From: a virus
Length of the DNA stretch: 64,000 nucleotides
IMG/VR virus record: IMGVR_UViG_3300006226_000022
Reading direction: 5' to 3' (one strand)
Below are positions 29,981-38,915 of the stretch, piece by piece. The stretch's first letter is position 1. Each line of letters opens with the position of its first letter. The notes under the pieces are model-generated. The model saw only the letters and a list, made by a program, of their open reading frames with translations. It had not been told where the DNA came from and did no database searches. The position numbers and the translations under genes were made by a program.

Positions 29981-30943
29981 TCACAGCTTGCCAGCAAACT
30001 TCAACAGCCTCGCTATTTCAATATCAGGCGCAGATGCAGGATCTGATGCATTCAAACGGACATTTTCCGTAACTCCAGCAAAACATGCGAGGTCACTTGA
30101 TAACTTCGCCGCTTTTTCCCGTCCTTTTTTATCAGAATCAAAACAAATAATACGCCTGGGATATTCTGCAATATGCAAAACCTGCTCCCTTCGTAAATCG
30201 ATTCCGTACGTTGCAACACATTGAACGGGATGGTCTAAAAATGTGTTAATCCGCAACATATCAAAAATACCCTCCACCACAATAAGCGTATCGTAATGCG
30301 AGCAATACTGCTCACCATAAAGTGTGGTCTTTATGGACACAGCCTCCATTTCATGCGGAGCGGCTTTGTACGCAGGTTTTTCTTGAGAAATAACACGGGT
30401 CTGCCACGAAACAGGTTTTCCATCAATGTTATGAACCGGGAAAAATATGCGATTGGCGTATTTGCCAAAAACCACTGCCCCTACCGCATAGTACATCATC
30501 AAAATTTCAGGATTCAAATGACGCTCTCGCAAATACTGACAGTGCTGCTCTGATTCTAACAAATTTATAATCCCCTCAGGTTCCTTGAAAACCGAAGACG
30601 ATGTAGTTTGCGGAGGTGTGTATGTACTTAAACCATCAGGCCACTCAATCGAATGTATAAGTTGCCCAATGTTCTCATTCGGGAACCAAAAGCGAAATAA
30701 GTCCCATTTGTCCGCGAAACCATGTGCCCAACAATTAAAATACCCATTACGGACATTGTATCCAAGCCACAACTTGCCTCCGCCACATATCGGACATGTT
30801 GACTGAACAAAATCAGGAGAATTTATATGCTTGTCCCGAATTTCTCCCTTTTGATAAAAACGTATTCCTCTTGATTCGAAAAATTCTAAAGGTAACATCA
30901 TCACCATGATTTGTGGCGAAAAGTATGCTGACAGTGTTGGCAT
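29981..30943 (-). CDS. DNA primase (zinc-ribbon + TOPRIM)
   Basis: CPICGGGKLW...FNCWAHGF zinc-binding motif, then LIVVEGIFDML (TOPRIM Glu) and RIICFDSDKKGREKA (DxD). Confidence 0.6.
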   Translation of the reverse strand: MPTLSAYFSPQIMVMMLPLEFFESRGIRFYQKGEIRDKHINSPDFVQSTCPICGGGKLWLGYNVRNGYFNCWAHGFADKWDLFRFWFPNENIGQLIHSIEWPDGLSTYTPPQTTSSSVFKEPEGIINLLESEQHCQYLRERHLNPEILMMYYAVGAVVFGKYANRIFFPVHNIDGKPVSWQTRVISQEKPAYKAAPHEMEAVSIKTTLYGEQYCSHYDTLIVVEGIFDMLRINTFLDHPVQCVATYGIDLRREQVLHIAEYPRRIICFDSDKKGREKAAKLSSDLACFAGVTENVRLNASDPASAPDIEIARLLKFAGKL

Positions 30944-31638
30944 ACCACTACAACGTCCGTATCCTGTGCATGCACCGCTATTTCAGGAACATCCAAATTA
31001 GGCGGGAGTTCCTGCACTCCTGTTACAAATTCTGCGGATTGGGGCTGAATCTCAACAGGCGGCTGTGAAGGCGCAGGAGACACAGATGGCGATTGCATTA
31101 ACGGTGGCTGAGGCGCAGAAGGCGGAGGTGTATCAGGCTGAACAGACTGAATAAATTGCTCCGTCTCAAACAACTTCTCCAATTTCTTGTGAATGGCTTG
31201 TGTATCGACACCAGCAAAATGATACTGGGTTATGTCAAAATCAGACAACCCTAAAATAAAATCCTGCAAGCCGACTTCTGTGTATTTCCCTACGAGACTG
31301 TTCACATAAACCAATGCCAATTTCGCATCATGCTCCGATTCACAATCGATGTACGTTACTGGAAGTAGGGGAATTTCGCATCCGCTCTGTTCTAATCGCC
31401 GTAACGCTTCTATCCGACCATGCCCATCCAAACAGTCATTCACGGTAGTTATATTTCCGTCATCATAAACATCATGTTTCCATATAAAAAACGGAAAGCT
31501 GAAGCCATGCTCGATAAAACTACGAATCAAATGCTCATAATCTTCTTCCGTGCGGCTTTTTAATTCACCTTGAAAAGGACGAATGGCACTTAACGGTAAA
31601 AATTCGTCGGATTCACAAGTAACTTTTAGTGTATTCAT
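30901..31638 (-). CDS. ParB-like nuclease domain protein
   Basis: LSAIRPFQGELKSRTEEDYEHLIRSFIEHGF...DGHGRIEALRRL (ParB/Srx N-terminal domain signature); 4-nt overlap with the methyltransferase gene. Confidence 0.5.
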   Translation of the reverse strand: MNTLKVTCESDEFLPLSAIRPFQGELKSRTEEDYEHLIRSFIEHGFSFPFFIWKHDVYDDGNITTVNDCLDGHGRIEALRRLEQSGCEIPLLPVTYIDCESEHDAKLALVYVNSLVGKYTEVGLQDFILGLSDFDITQYHFAGVDTQAIHKKLEKLFETEQFIQSVQPDTPPPSAPQPPLMQSPSVSPAPSQPPVEIQPQSAEFVTGVQELPPNLDVPEIAVHAQDTDVVVVCQHCQHTFRHKSW

Positions 31639-32498
31639 AATTCTTTCATCAAAACGGATATATCAAACGCAGGCGGCAACTTTGCCTCCCATTCCCTTAC
31701 TTTATTATGGTACATGGGCATATCTTCCATAAGCCGCCGATTCGCCAAATCAACGTACTCCTGTGCAATATCAAACCCTATAAAATGCCGTTTGGCGGCT
31801 TTTGCCGCTATTGCAGTCGTACCACTGCCCATAAAAGGGTCGAGAACCACACCACCAGGCGGACAAAAGCACCTTATAAAATCATAGGGAATCTTATCTG
31901 GAAATGGTGCAGGATGTTCATGTTTCTGTGCACTACCATCACCAGCTCCTGCGTATTCCCAAATAGTTCCAGGGCACTTTTTGTCGTTTATCAGCATAGG
32001 TTTTGACGGAACGAGACTACCATCTGTCAAACGAGTTGTCCCTGTTCGAATGACACCACTATGTTTTGATTTAATCCGCACGCCGTCTTTATCAAAATAC
32101 TGTGGTCTATCCCCTTTCAGAAAAACAAACATGTATTCGTGATCCACACGAAAACGCTGATTCCACCACGCTCCCTCTGCACCGTTTTTCTTATAAATTA
32201 AGCATTCAAACAACTTAAAACCAAAACTATCACACCAATCCAAACACATGCGAAAAGATGTGAGAGATTTCCCAAAATCTTTTGTCTGGTCTTGAATTAC
32301 AACAACAGCGATACCACCGTCTTTTAGAACTCGATGTAATTGTTCACCCGTGTCATGCAAATTAAAAGAGGGCTTGCCCTTATAATCACGCAATGCGTCA
32401 TACGGCGGAGACGTAACTACCATATCAACGCAACAAGGATTTAACTGTTGCATTAACGATACACAATCTCCACAATAGATTTTATCGAATTCTAACAT
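31635..32498 (-). CDS. DNA methyltransferase, beta-class (N4-C or N6-A), SPPY motif
   Basis: DMVVTSPPY (motif IV) ... LDPFMGSGTTAIAAK (motif I after IV). Confidence 0.65.
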   Translation of the reverse strand: MLEFDKIYCGDCVSLMQQLNPCCVDMVVTSPPYDALRDYKGKPSFNLHDTGEQLHRVLKDGGIAVVVIQDQTKDFGKSLTSFRMCLDWCDSFGFKLFECLIYKKNGAEGAWWNQRFRVDHEYMFVFLKGDRPQYFDKDGVRIKSKHSGVIRTGTTRLTDGSLVPSKPMLINDKKCPGTIWEYAGAGDGSAQKHEHPAPFPDKIPYDFIRCFCPPGGVVLDPFMGSGTTAIAAKAAKRHFIGFDIAQEYVDLANRRLMEDMPMYHNKVREWEAKLPPAFDISVLMKEL

Positions 32499-32530
32499 TG
32501 ACCAAATGTTTCAATAAGACGAGCGGCATT

Positions 32531-33268
32531 CTACAGCAATTTCGACTTCTTGATCATGTCGAACATCGTCGCGTTTCTAGTATCGCAAGCTTGTGTGTTT
32601 ATGTTTTTTAACGCAAAAACATTGGCTGCCGTTATGTAGGTAGAGCAATCATAGCCATTTCTAATCCCATTTGACTGACATATCGGTGTCCATGCCTGCG
32701 CCTCCCACCACACTACGCCATTGCCGTCCGCGCACTTGAGTCGCTCTCGGTCAAAAGTACCGTTCGGTGCATACATAGTATCATCAGATACAATGTAATC
32801 GATATGCAGCACATCTGGCTGGCACCAGCCCCAATCCTTCCGCATATCAGCTATCGTCAATACGCGGTCTACGTCCTCATGTGCTTCCAACAAGAACACA
32901 ATCTCGTCCTGCCTACCAGTAGGATACGCCATACCCGTAAGCATATAATACTGTTCATCGTAATAGGGGTATGGCTTTCCATTAACAAAATTAAGCGTCA
33001 GTTGTATATACTGCCAATGCCCATCGGTGTAAGGACGTTCCAAAGTGTTACGCAGATTCAAACCAGCAGTGAGACGGGCAAAGACACGACAAATATGCCG
33101 TGTGCGCTCCGGTGCAAACCGCGGACGAATGTCGCGCTGAACAATGTACTTAGGTGCTATACCGCCCTCAACATGCCCAACCATAGCGGAAACATCCACT
33201 TTCGGCAAAAAACATCCTACGAACGGCAACGCCGCTAAACCAGCCAAAAAATCTCGTCTTGATTTCAT
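32531..33268 (-). CDS. secreted protein with twin-arginine (Tat) signal peptide
   Basis: MKSRRDFLAGLAALPFVGCF = S-R-R-x-F-L-(A/G) Tat motif plus hydrophobic core. Confidence 0.5.
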   Translation of the reverse strand: MKSRRDFLAGLAALPFVGCFLPKVDVSAMVGHVEGGIAPKYIVQRDIRPRFAPERTRHICRVFARLTAGLNLRNTLERPYTDGHWQYIQLTLNFVNGKPYPYYDEQYYMLTGMAYPTGRQDEIVFLLEAHEDVDRVLTIADMRKDWGWCQPDVLHIDYIVSDDTMYAPNGTFDRERLKCADGNGVVWWEAQAWTPICQSNGIRNGYDCSTYITAANVFALKNINTQACDTRNATMFDMIKKSKLL

Positions 33269-33284
33269 TTTCTTCTCCTTATGG

Positions 33285-33335
33285 TGATAGACCCTCCCTT
33301 ACGGGAGGGGATTTCCTCACCGGTTAAACTACTAC
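33285..33335 (-). repeat. solo copy of TnpB-IS end-like element (ccctccc-ttac-gggaggg hairpin + GGATTTCCTCACCGGTTAAA)
   Basis: Nearly identical to the left-end region at 62975..63020 and, in its other flank (GGGTCTATCAC), to the right end at 61560..61590. Confidence 0.45.
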
Positions 33336-33336
33336 A

Positions 33337-33564
33337 TTACTTGCAAAACAATATTGCAACGGAAAAGCCTAAAGTATAGGCCATACACAACGTTACAATA
33401 TAACTGATAACTAAAAACAACTTGTTGTGGTCGTTCTCGGACGATGACTGGACTTGTTTGCGTTTCGGCAAACCAGATGCACTCGCCAAAAATTCGCGGC
33501 TGTATTTCATTTTTTCTTCTCCTTTAATAATGCTAACGGGACTCTGATATGTAGAAATACACAA
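33337..33564 (-). CDS. small membrane protein
   Basis: 75 aa, one hydrophobic segment. Confidence 0.3.
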   Translation of the reverse strand: MCISTYQSPVSIIKGEEKMKYSREFLASASGLPKRKQVQSSSENDHNKLFLVISYIVTLCMAYTLGFSVAILFCK

Positions 33565-33622
33565 AATTGTGCATATTCTTTTTCACTATGCTATCATAGA
33601 AATCACTCATCCAAAAGCAAAA

Positions 33623-33652
33623 GTTTAATTATAAAATATTGTATAATTAAAC
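33623..33652. promoter_or_regulatory. intergenic palindrome copy (GTTTAATTATAAAATATTGTATAATTAAAC)
   Basis: see 7878..7907. Confidence 0.5.
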
Positions 33653-33658
33653 TTTACA

Positions 33659-35212
33659 TCAAATACCGGGTATGTCCATATCAAAATCATCAGGTTCACC
33701 ACCTCCCATACCCCCAGCCTGCCTTGTAAGAGCATTTTCGGCTTGCATGTGCTTTTTGGCTCGATTTTGAACATCCACTGCTTCTTTTTCGGACATTCCG
33801 CAATACCTCATCATGTAATCCACAGGCGACATAATACGGGATAACTCATCTTGAAAATATCTGCCCAATATTTGTGTTTCCATATCAGCGTGGCTCTGTG
33901 TATTCTGATCCGTCGAATACTGTTGCGGTTCCCATTCAACCCCGTAATCTTGATTGCATGGCTCAGGCACTATCCCATAACGAATGAGTCTATTCACAAA
34001 GGGACGGACAATATTCGGAACGATATAGTTCGCCCGTCGCTCCTGTAAACGATTCGACCACAATATAGCATCTTGACCCGAAGCCAACTCCCCTCGTTCA
34101 GAACCTTCAAATATCCGACGAGGGACTGCCATCGCAATCGCTATGGCATTTATGTATTGCTCCATCAAACCAGAAGGCTCTGAATACATAGTAGGCAAAG
34201 CGTTAATCTGTGCATTTTGCAAACCTATCCAACGCTGAAAGCCATTTTCAAACTCTGCCATACGCTGCCGGACAGATTCGATATCAAACGACATAGGCAG
34301 CTGATCATTAGTCGTCGTAATAGAATAGCCGGGATACGCCCCTTTGTAGAACATTTCACCAGCACACCCAAACACTTTATTTATGTCCAACAAAATGTTG
34401 TACACCAGTTGCATGCGAGGCACACCGTTGATCTCACTACTTTCTTTATTATCCGCTACGTGCAAAACACGCGTCCAGTGAACATTTGTCGAAGTCATAT
34501 CAAGTGATACATCCTCCAACATATCCCGATTTCCTCGATTTTGTATCTGGTAAATTTCAGGTGCGCCGTACCTCGGGCTGGTTTTGTCCATGCACCTTGA
34601 CTGTATATCAACCATACTGTGAGGAAATGTCCTCAAGTACAATATTTTACGTTCAACTTTCCGTTCACTCTCGAACCCATCCAACGGTGTGGCTAATGGT
34701 TTGTTATCATCAAGCCCAAACACAACAATACCAAAAGCACCAATACCCGACATAATATCCACTCGACGTAAAAACGCCCAAAATGAATGCCGCCGATTTA
34801 ATATATTAAACATAGAAATAAAAGGTGATTCTGTTGCAGCATCACTATCCACGATTTTCGGATGAGTCGTCCAGCACTCCGTAGGAAACAACTGCACGAC
34901 ACGGTGCGCAAATGGATTACGGTCGTACATATTTTGATACTCATATTTCGATACAACCTTAGGGTAGCCGAATTGACCGTCATAATCACGATTCAACGTG
35001 TTTGTATTTATTTCACCAGGATTTCCCATCATGCGGTTCCACGCCGCACGTTGGTCAAATGCTGTATTTAATACAATAGAGTCTTTTTTGGCGCGGACAT
35101 AATCCACTGCCATTTCATCGTAAGCACGCTGCGCCTCCTCCAAAGACGAAAAAGAATTAAAAGTAGGGGCATCTAAAAAAGTTTTCCAGTCATTCATAAC
35201 TATCATCCACAA
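33659..35212 (-). CDS. hypothetical protein with acidic C-terminal tail (portal-like guess only); a diverged second copy starts at the window end
   Basis: 517 aa; its last ~60 codons plus upstream promoter motifs recur at 63745..64000 with about 88% nucleotide identity. Confidence 0.4.
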   Translation of the reverse strand: MWMIVMNDWKTFLDAPTFNSFSSLEEAQRAYDEMAVDYVRAKKDSIVLNTAFDQRAAWNRMMGNPGEINTNTLNRDYDGQFGYPKVVSKYEYQNMYDRNPFAHRVVQLFPTECWTTHPKIVDSDAATESPFISMFNILNRRHSFWAFLRRVDIMSGIGAFGIVVFGLDDNKPLATPLDGFESERKVERKILYLRTFPHSMVDIQSRCMDKTSPRYGAPEIYQIQNRGNRDMLEDVSLDMTSTNVHWTRVLHVADNKESSEINGVPRMQLVYNILLDINKVFGCAGEMFYKGAYPGYSITTTNDQLPMSFDIESVRQRMAEFENGFQRWIGLQNAQINALPTMYSEPSGLMEQYINAIAIAMAVPRRIFEGSERGELASGQDAILWSNRLQERRANYIVPNIVRPFVNRLIRYGIVPEPCNQDYGVEWEPQQYSTDQNTQSHADMETQILGRYFQDELSRIMSPVDYMMRYCGMSEKEAVDVQNRAKKHMQAENALTRQAGGMGGGEPDDFDMDIPGI

Positions 35213-35275
35213 AACAAACTAGTTTGTGGTATGATAGCCAATCGTACGAACGAAACCAAAAAGAATTAGGCACTT

Positions 35276-36490
35276 TTATTCGTAACGTTTTTTGCGAACT
35301 GTAGTTACTTGTGCCAAAACCTTCTGCCAATGTTTTTGTGCCATTTCCCGTGCTTCATCTGGATTTTCTTCAAAATACTCGATACACTTTGCACGGCTTT
35401 GAGGCTCATACCCAGGTAATGTCAAACTTTTCCCAGATACAGTTATGGCTTTCTCTTCTATGAGCCAATCAAGAATCGCATCAGAATCGGAAATACCAAC
35501 ACCATTAAACAGAGGGAATCGCAAAACCGTTTTTACACCAGTAATACGATTTTTCTTGATGCGAGCACGAGTCACTTGACCGATTTGACGCTTAATGCCA
35601 TTAAACGTTTTTTCTATTTTTTCTGACAAATCAAGCCATATTTCATAATCAGCGTAATATGTCAAAGCATTACCGCCAGATCGTGTAACATAAGTAACAG
35701 CACCTAACGCCTGACGCTCCTGTGAAATAATTATCAAAATCGACCCAGTCACCGGAAGCTTATTGCGAATACGACGAAGATTCGAAGAATTAGTCTTTGC
35801 TTTGCCATCGGTAAATCCGGTGCTGATATGCACATATTGCTTTGACACGTCATCCGAATCTATATTTTTCTCTCGTTCTGTTATATTCGCGTCGAACTTT
35901 TGCAGTTCCTGTGTCGAGCTCAAACAATCCATACTATCCAAAATACAGATAAACGGTTTTTTTACTCGCAAACGCTGATCTACAGCCCCGTAAAAGTCCT
36001 CTAATGTCTGGAATGGCTCATCATTTTTCATTTTCATGAACTCAATACGATCCGCCAACTTGTTACCAAACATAGGACGAAGGGGAAATCCTGCACCGCC
36101 TTCACAATCAGCGTAAAGTAACTCATAATCCTTAAACGCAGGGTTATTTGCCGCTTCAGCAAGAATGGTCAACGCAGCCAACGTTTTTCCCGAACTAGAG
36201 GCACCCACCATCAAAACGTACGTCCCCTTCTCAATCCCACATAACGGGTGATTTGTTATGGCAAGATTCAACGGAGTTATGCCGGTAGAAACGTAGTTTT
36301 CTGGTTTTACACGCTCCGGTACATAATGAAATACCGCACAATCTTGTTCATCATTTTCTAAAGATACTTGTGATTCTTCATAAGCAACAACATTTTTCTC
36401 AAGTCGTTCTATATCAGCGGTCAAAAGTTGTTCGATATCAGGAGTCAACTGACCAGCATTAGCAGCAGATAGTTTTGATTTTTTCGCCAT
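35276..36490 (-). CDS. RecA-like recombinase (RecA/UvsX family)
   Basis: [36 protein letters not shown] vs RecA [44 protein letters not shown] vs [20 protein letters not shown]...[18 protein letters not shown] vs LLIFINQIR...TTGGNALKFYASVRLDI. Confidence 0.65.
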   Translation of the reverse strand: [404 protein letters not shown]

Positions 36491-36550
36491 TTTTTCATAA
36501 ATGTTATAAGTTTTCTATCCAATGATAGAAAAAGGCGAGTCAAAACAACA

Positions 36551-37390
36551 TCAAATTTGATTTGCCAAAAAAGAACGCAAATCATCGAAACTATCGAGCC
36601 ACTCATCCAGAGTGAATTTGTTCAAACCATTGCAGCAGTAATAAACATTTTCATCTAACCCACATATAGTTATCGTACCTTTCTCCAAAAGATGGTAAAA
36701 AACAGACATCGCATCAGATAAATTACTATTGTCATAAGGAAAATACACTGTGCGCAAAAGAGACGAAGACAACGGACGCTTAATCACGGTTATTCGCACA
36801 CCGCTAGGTAATATAGGCACAAATCCCAAAACAGACGATTTTTTTGCAATAGTAGCCCCAAAAGAAACTAACGACTCATTATCCATTTCAGAGAATTTCA
36901 ACACACATGTCGCTTGCATAATCATCCAATCCACCACCGACTTCGATACTCCTGCTTGTTGATCCAAGTACACAACGAGTGCGTTGTCTTGTCCAGAACA
37001 AAAAACCGATTTTAATTTTGATGTTACATAGATATCATACGACACATCAACAGACATGCACCAGTTTGACATACAAAACAATGGATTATCAATAGCCCAA
37101 AGTCTAGTAACAAACTCCTCACAAGTCCCACGGACTATTTTTTCAAAATCCCCATCCTCCATATCAAAATCAGCAACGCACTTATATTTACGAGGTATGT
37201 GTTCATCTGCATGAATTGCCACATGTCGCATAAATGCATCCACGGCGTTTTTAGCATCACCCAATAACAGCGTGATGCCTCGTAACGGTATGCCAGTTAT
37301 CATATTGTCCACAAGTAACAAACCCGTGGGCAATTTTCGTACAGGAGTTCTGACGGGGGCAGAAGAGCGGAGAGCGTCCAGTAATGACAT
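36551..37390 (-). CDS. hypothetical protein
   Basis: 279-aa minus ORF. Confidence 0.4.
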   Translation of the reverse strand: MSLLDALRSSAPVRTPVRKLPTGLLLVDNMITGIPLRGITLLLGDAKNAVDAFMRHVAIHADEHIPRKYKCVADFDMEDGDFEKIVRGTCEEFVTRLWAIDNPLFCMSNWCMSVDVSYDIYVTSKLKSVFCSGQDNALVVYLDQQAGVSKSVVDWMIMQATCVLKFSEMDNESLVSFGATIAKKSSVLGFVPILPSGVRITVIKRPLSSSLLRTVYFPYDNSNLSDAMSVFYHLLEKGTITICGLDENVYYCCNGLNKFTLDEWLDSFDDLRSFLANQI

Positions 37391-37447
37391 AGAATTTCAG
37401 CAAAAAGACAATCTATTATAAAAATAACTCACTATAATAGAAATAAC

Positions 37448-38068
37448 TTACCTATCGGCTAGCCGATAAATATGCGGTACTTCTGACTGTAAACATTCAA
37501 TCAAACTTATAACATCAGCCGGATCTATATTCCGCAAAAAATCAGTTAATGGCAAACAAAGCACTCTATTAAGTCTGTCATGCCCACCCAGAACACCCCC
37601 AATCGAAACATATTGACAACCAATCACTTCTGATTCTTTTGCTATACGTTCATACTCAAATTGGGGCAAAAGAGCCAATGTCTTCGCCCTATCCTTTTTA
37701 GCTATAATCAACCAACTTCTTGCATTTGCGTCAGCCTGTGATTTTGCCGCCTGCTCTATCCATTCCTCAAACACAGAAAGCTTTTTACTATCTCGGTCAA
37801 CCGCTCGCTGAATCTCAAAAAATTTATAACCCCGTTTAATCTCAGTAGAAAAATACTTAATAAAAGACTCACCAACTGAATCCAAATAACATAAATCACC
37901 GGCTGAATTTGCCGTAGTTTTATTTTTAACAGCACGACTTGTCGCGCGAGCCCCAGAGCTGGTACTGCGCCAAAAAATATCATCTCGCTTATCGCCAGTC
38001 CACCAACGAGACAGTAGTACCGCCACTTCTCGCTCGAACCGACTGCCTTTCGCTTTTGGGTTTTTCAT
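37448..38068 (-). CDS. Hjc-like Holliday-junction resolvase / PD-(D/E)xK nuclease
   Basis: KAKGSRFEREVAVLL ... RSTSSGA ... GDLCYLD ... TEIKRG follows the archaeal Hjc motif order (KG..ERE..LL / R.AGS / D(L/I).. / E.K). Confidence 0.45.
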   Translation of the reverse strand: MKNPKAKGSRFEREVAVLLSRWWTGDKRDDIFWRSTSSGARATSRAVKNKTTANSAGDLCYLDSVGESFIKYFSTEIKRGYKFFEIQRAVDRDSKKLSVFEEWIEQAAKSQADANARSWLIIAKKDRAKTLALLPQFEYERIAKESEVIGCQYVSIGGVLGGHDRLNRVLCLPLTDFLRNIDPADVISLIECLQSEVPHIYRLADR

Positions 38069-38082
38069 ACATGATAATAAGA

Positions 38083-38880
38083 TTATGACTGCGTTTTCGC
38101 AGCCTTTTGCGCATCAAATTGCGCTTTAAATCGCACATATTCTTCCGGTGTCATTTGTGTAGTCCCTGCAGGCGGACGTGGTACATCCCCACCAGATGCT
38201 GTATTTTTCTTACTCATTGCTTCTAATTCAAGCAATCTCCGATGTTCTTCAGGTAACATAAACAAATACGAATACGTTTGAAACGGGGTCATGTTCATGA
38301 CTTGCTCCGTACTAAATCCATACCGTTCTGCCAATCCACGAAACACTCGCACCATCGCCTCGGCATCAGGGTCTTCTAAAAATGTCTCTAACTCAGGTTC
38401 ATTCTTTGGAGGCAACGACTGCTGCTTGGGGTAGGGGACGACCACTGCAAGCTGAACTTCTCGGAGTAAAAGTGCCGCTTGCGGGCTTACATGATTTAAC
38501 GGGCAACATTTTTCCCTAACCCATTCTTCTGTAACTAGCGGGGTGGATTTCGCACAATACGCGGCAAATGTCATGCAATACACATCGACGTTTGTAAACA
38601 TGAAAATCTGACCATCACCGTATTCCACAGACAAAGTCCGTGCTTTTTGTACAAGATCTCCCAACACTTCTGTTTTGATATCTTCGGGCGTATTTTCTAA
38701 AAGTCGCCGATGCTGTGCTAAATACGACTGACGCATTTTAGTATTGAGCGTCTGTGCTACATGAATTGTCAACGGACTCAAAAGAATATCCCTGCCGAAC
38801 AAAGTAGCAGGGATAGGCACACCCACAAGCATTTGCGAATGGGTAGGCGGGATATAAGAAAAAACATCAGGCGGAATCAT
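38083..38880 (-). CDS. hypothetical protein
   Basis: 265-aa minus ORF. Confidence 0.4.
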   Translation of the reverse strand: MIPPDVFSYIPPTHSQMLVGVPIPATLFGRDILLSPLTIHVAQTLNTKMRQSYLAQHRRLLENTPEDIKTEVLGDLVQKARTLSVEYGDGQIFMFTNVDVYCMTFAAYCAKSTPLVTEEWVREKCCPLNHVSPQAALLLREVQLAVVVPYPKQQSLPPKNEPELETFLEDPDAEAMVRVFRGLAERYGFSTEQVMNMTPFQTYSYLFMLPEEHRRLLELEAMSKKNTASGGDVPRPPAGTTQMTPEEYVRFKAQFDAQKAAKTQS

Positions 38881-38915
38881 TACGCTTCAAATAATCTACG
38901 AAAATCTAATATATT

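Noticed and set aside
35276-36490. Initial reading of this gene as a DnaB-like replicative helicase
   Set aside because: Closer inspection shows RecA-specific blocks (STG..L..A.. before SSGKT, VDS.A.L, INQ.R...G...TTGGNALK-like [12 protein letters not shown]), so it is called a RecA-like recombinase.
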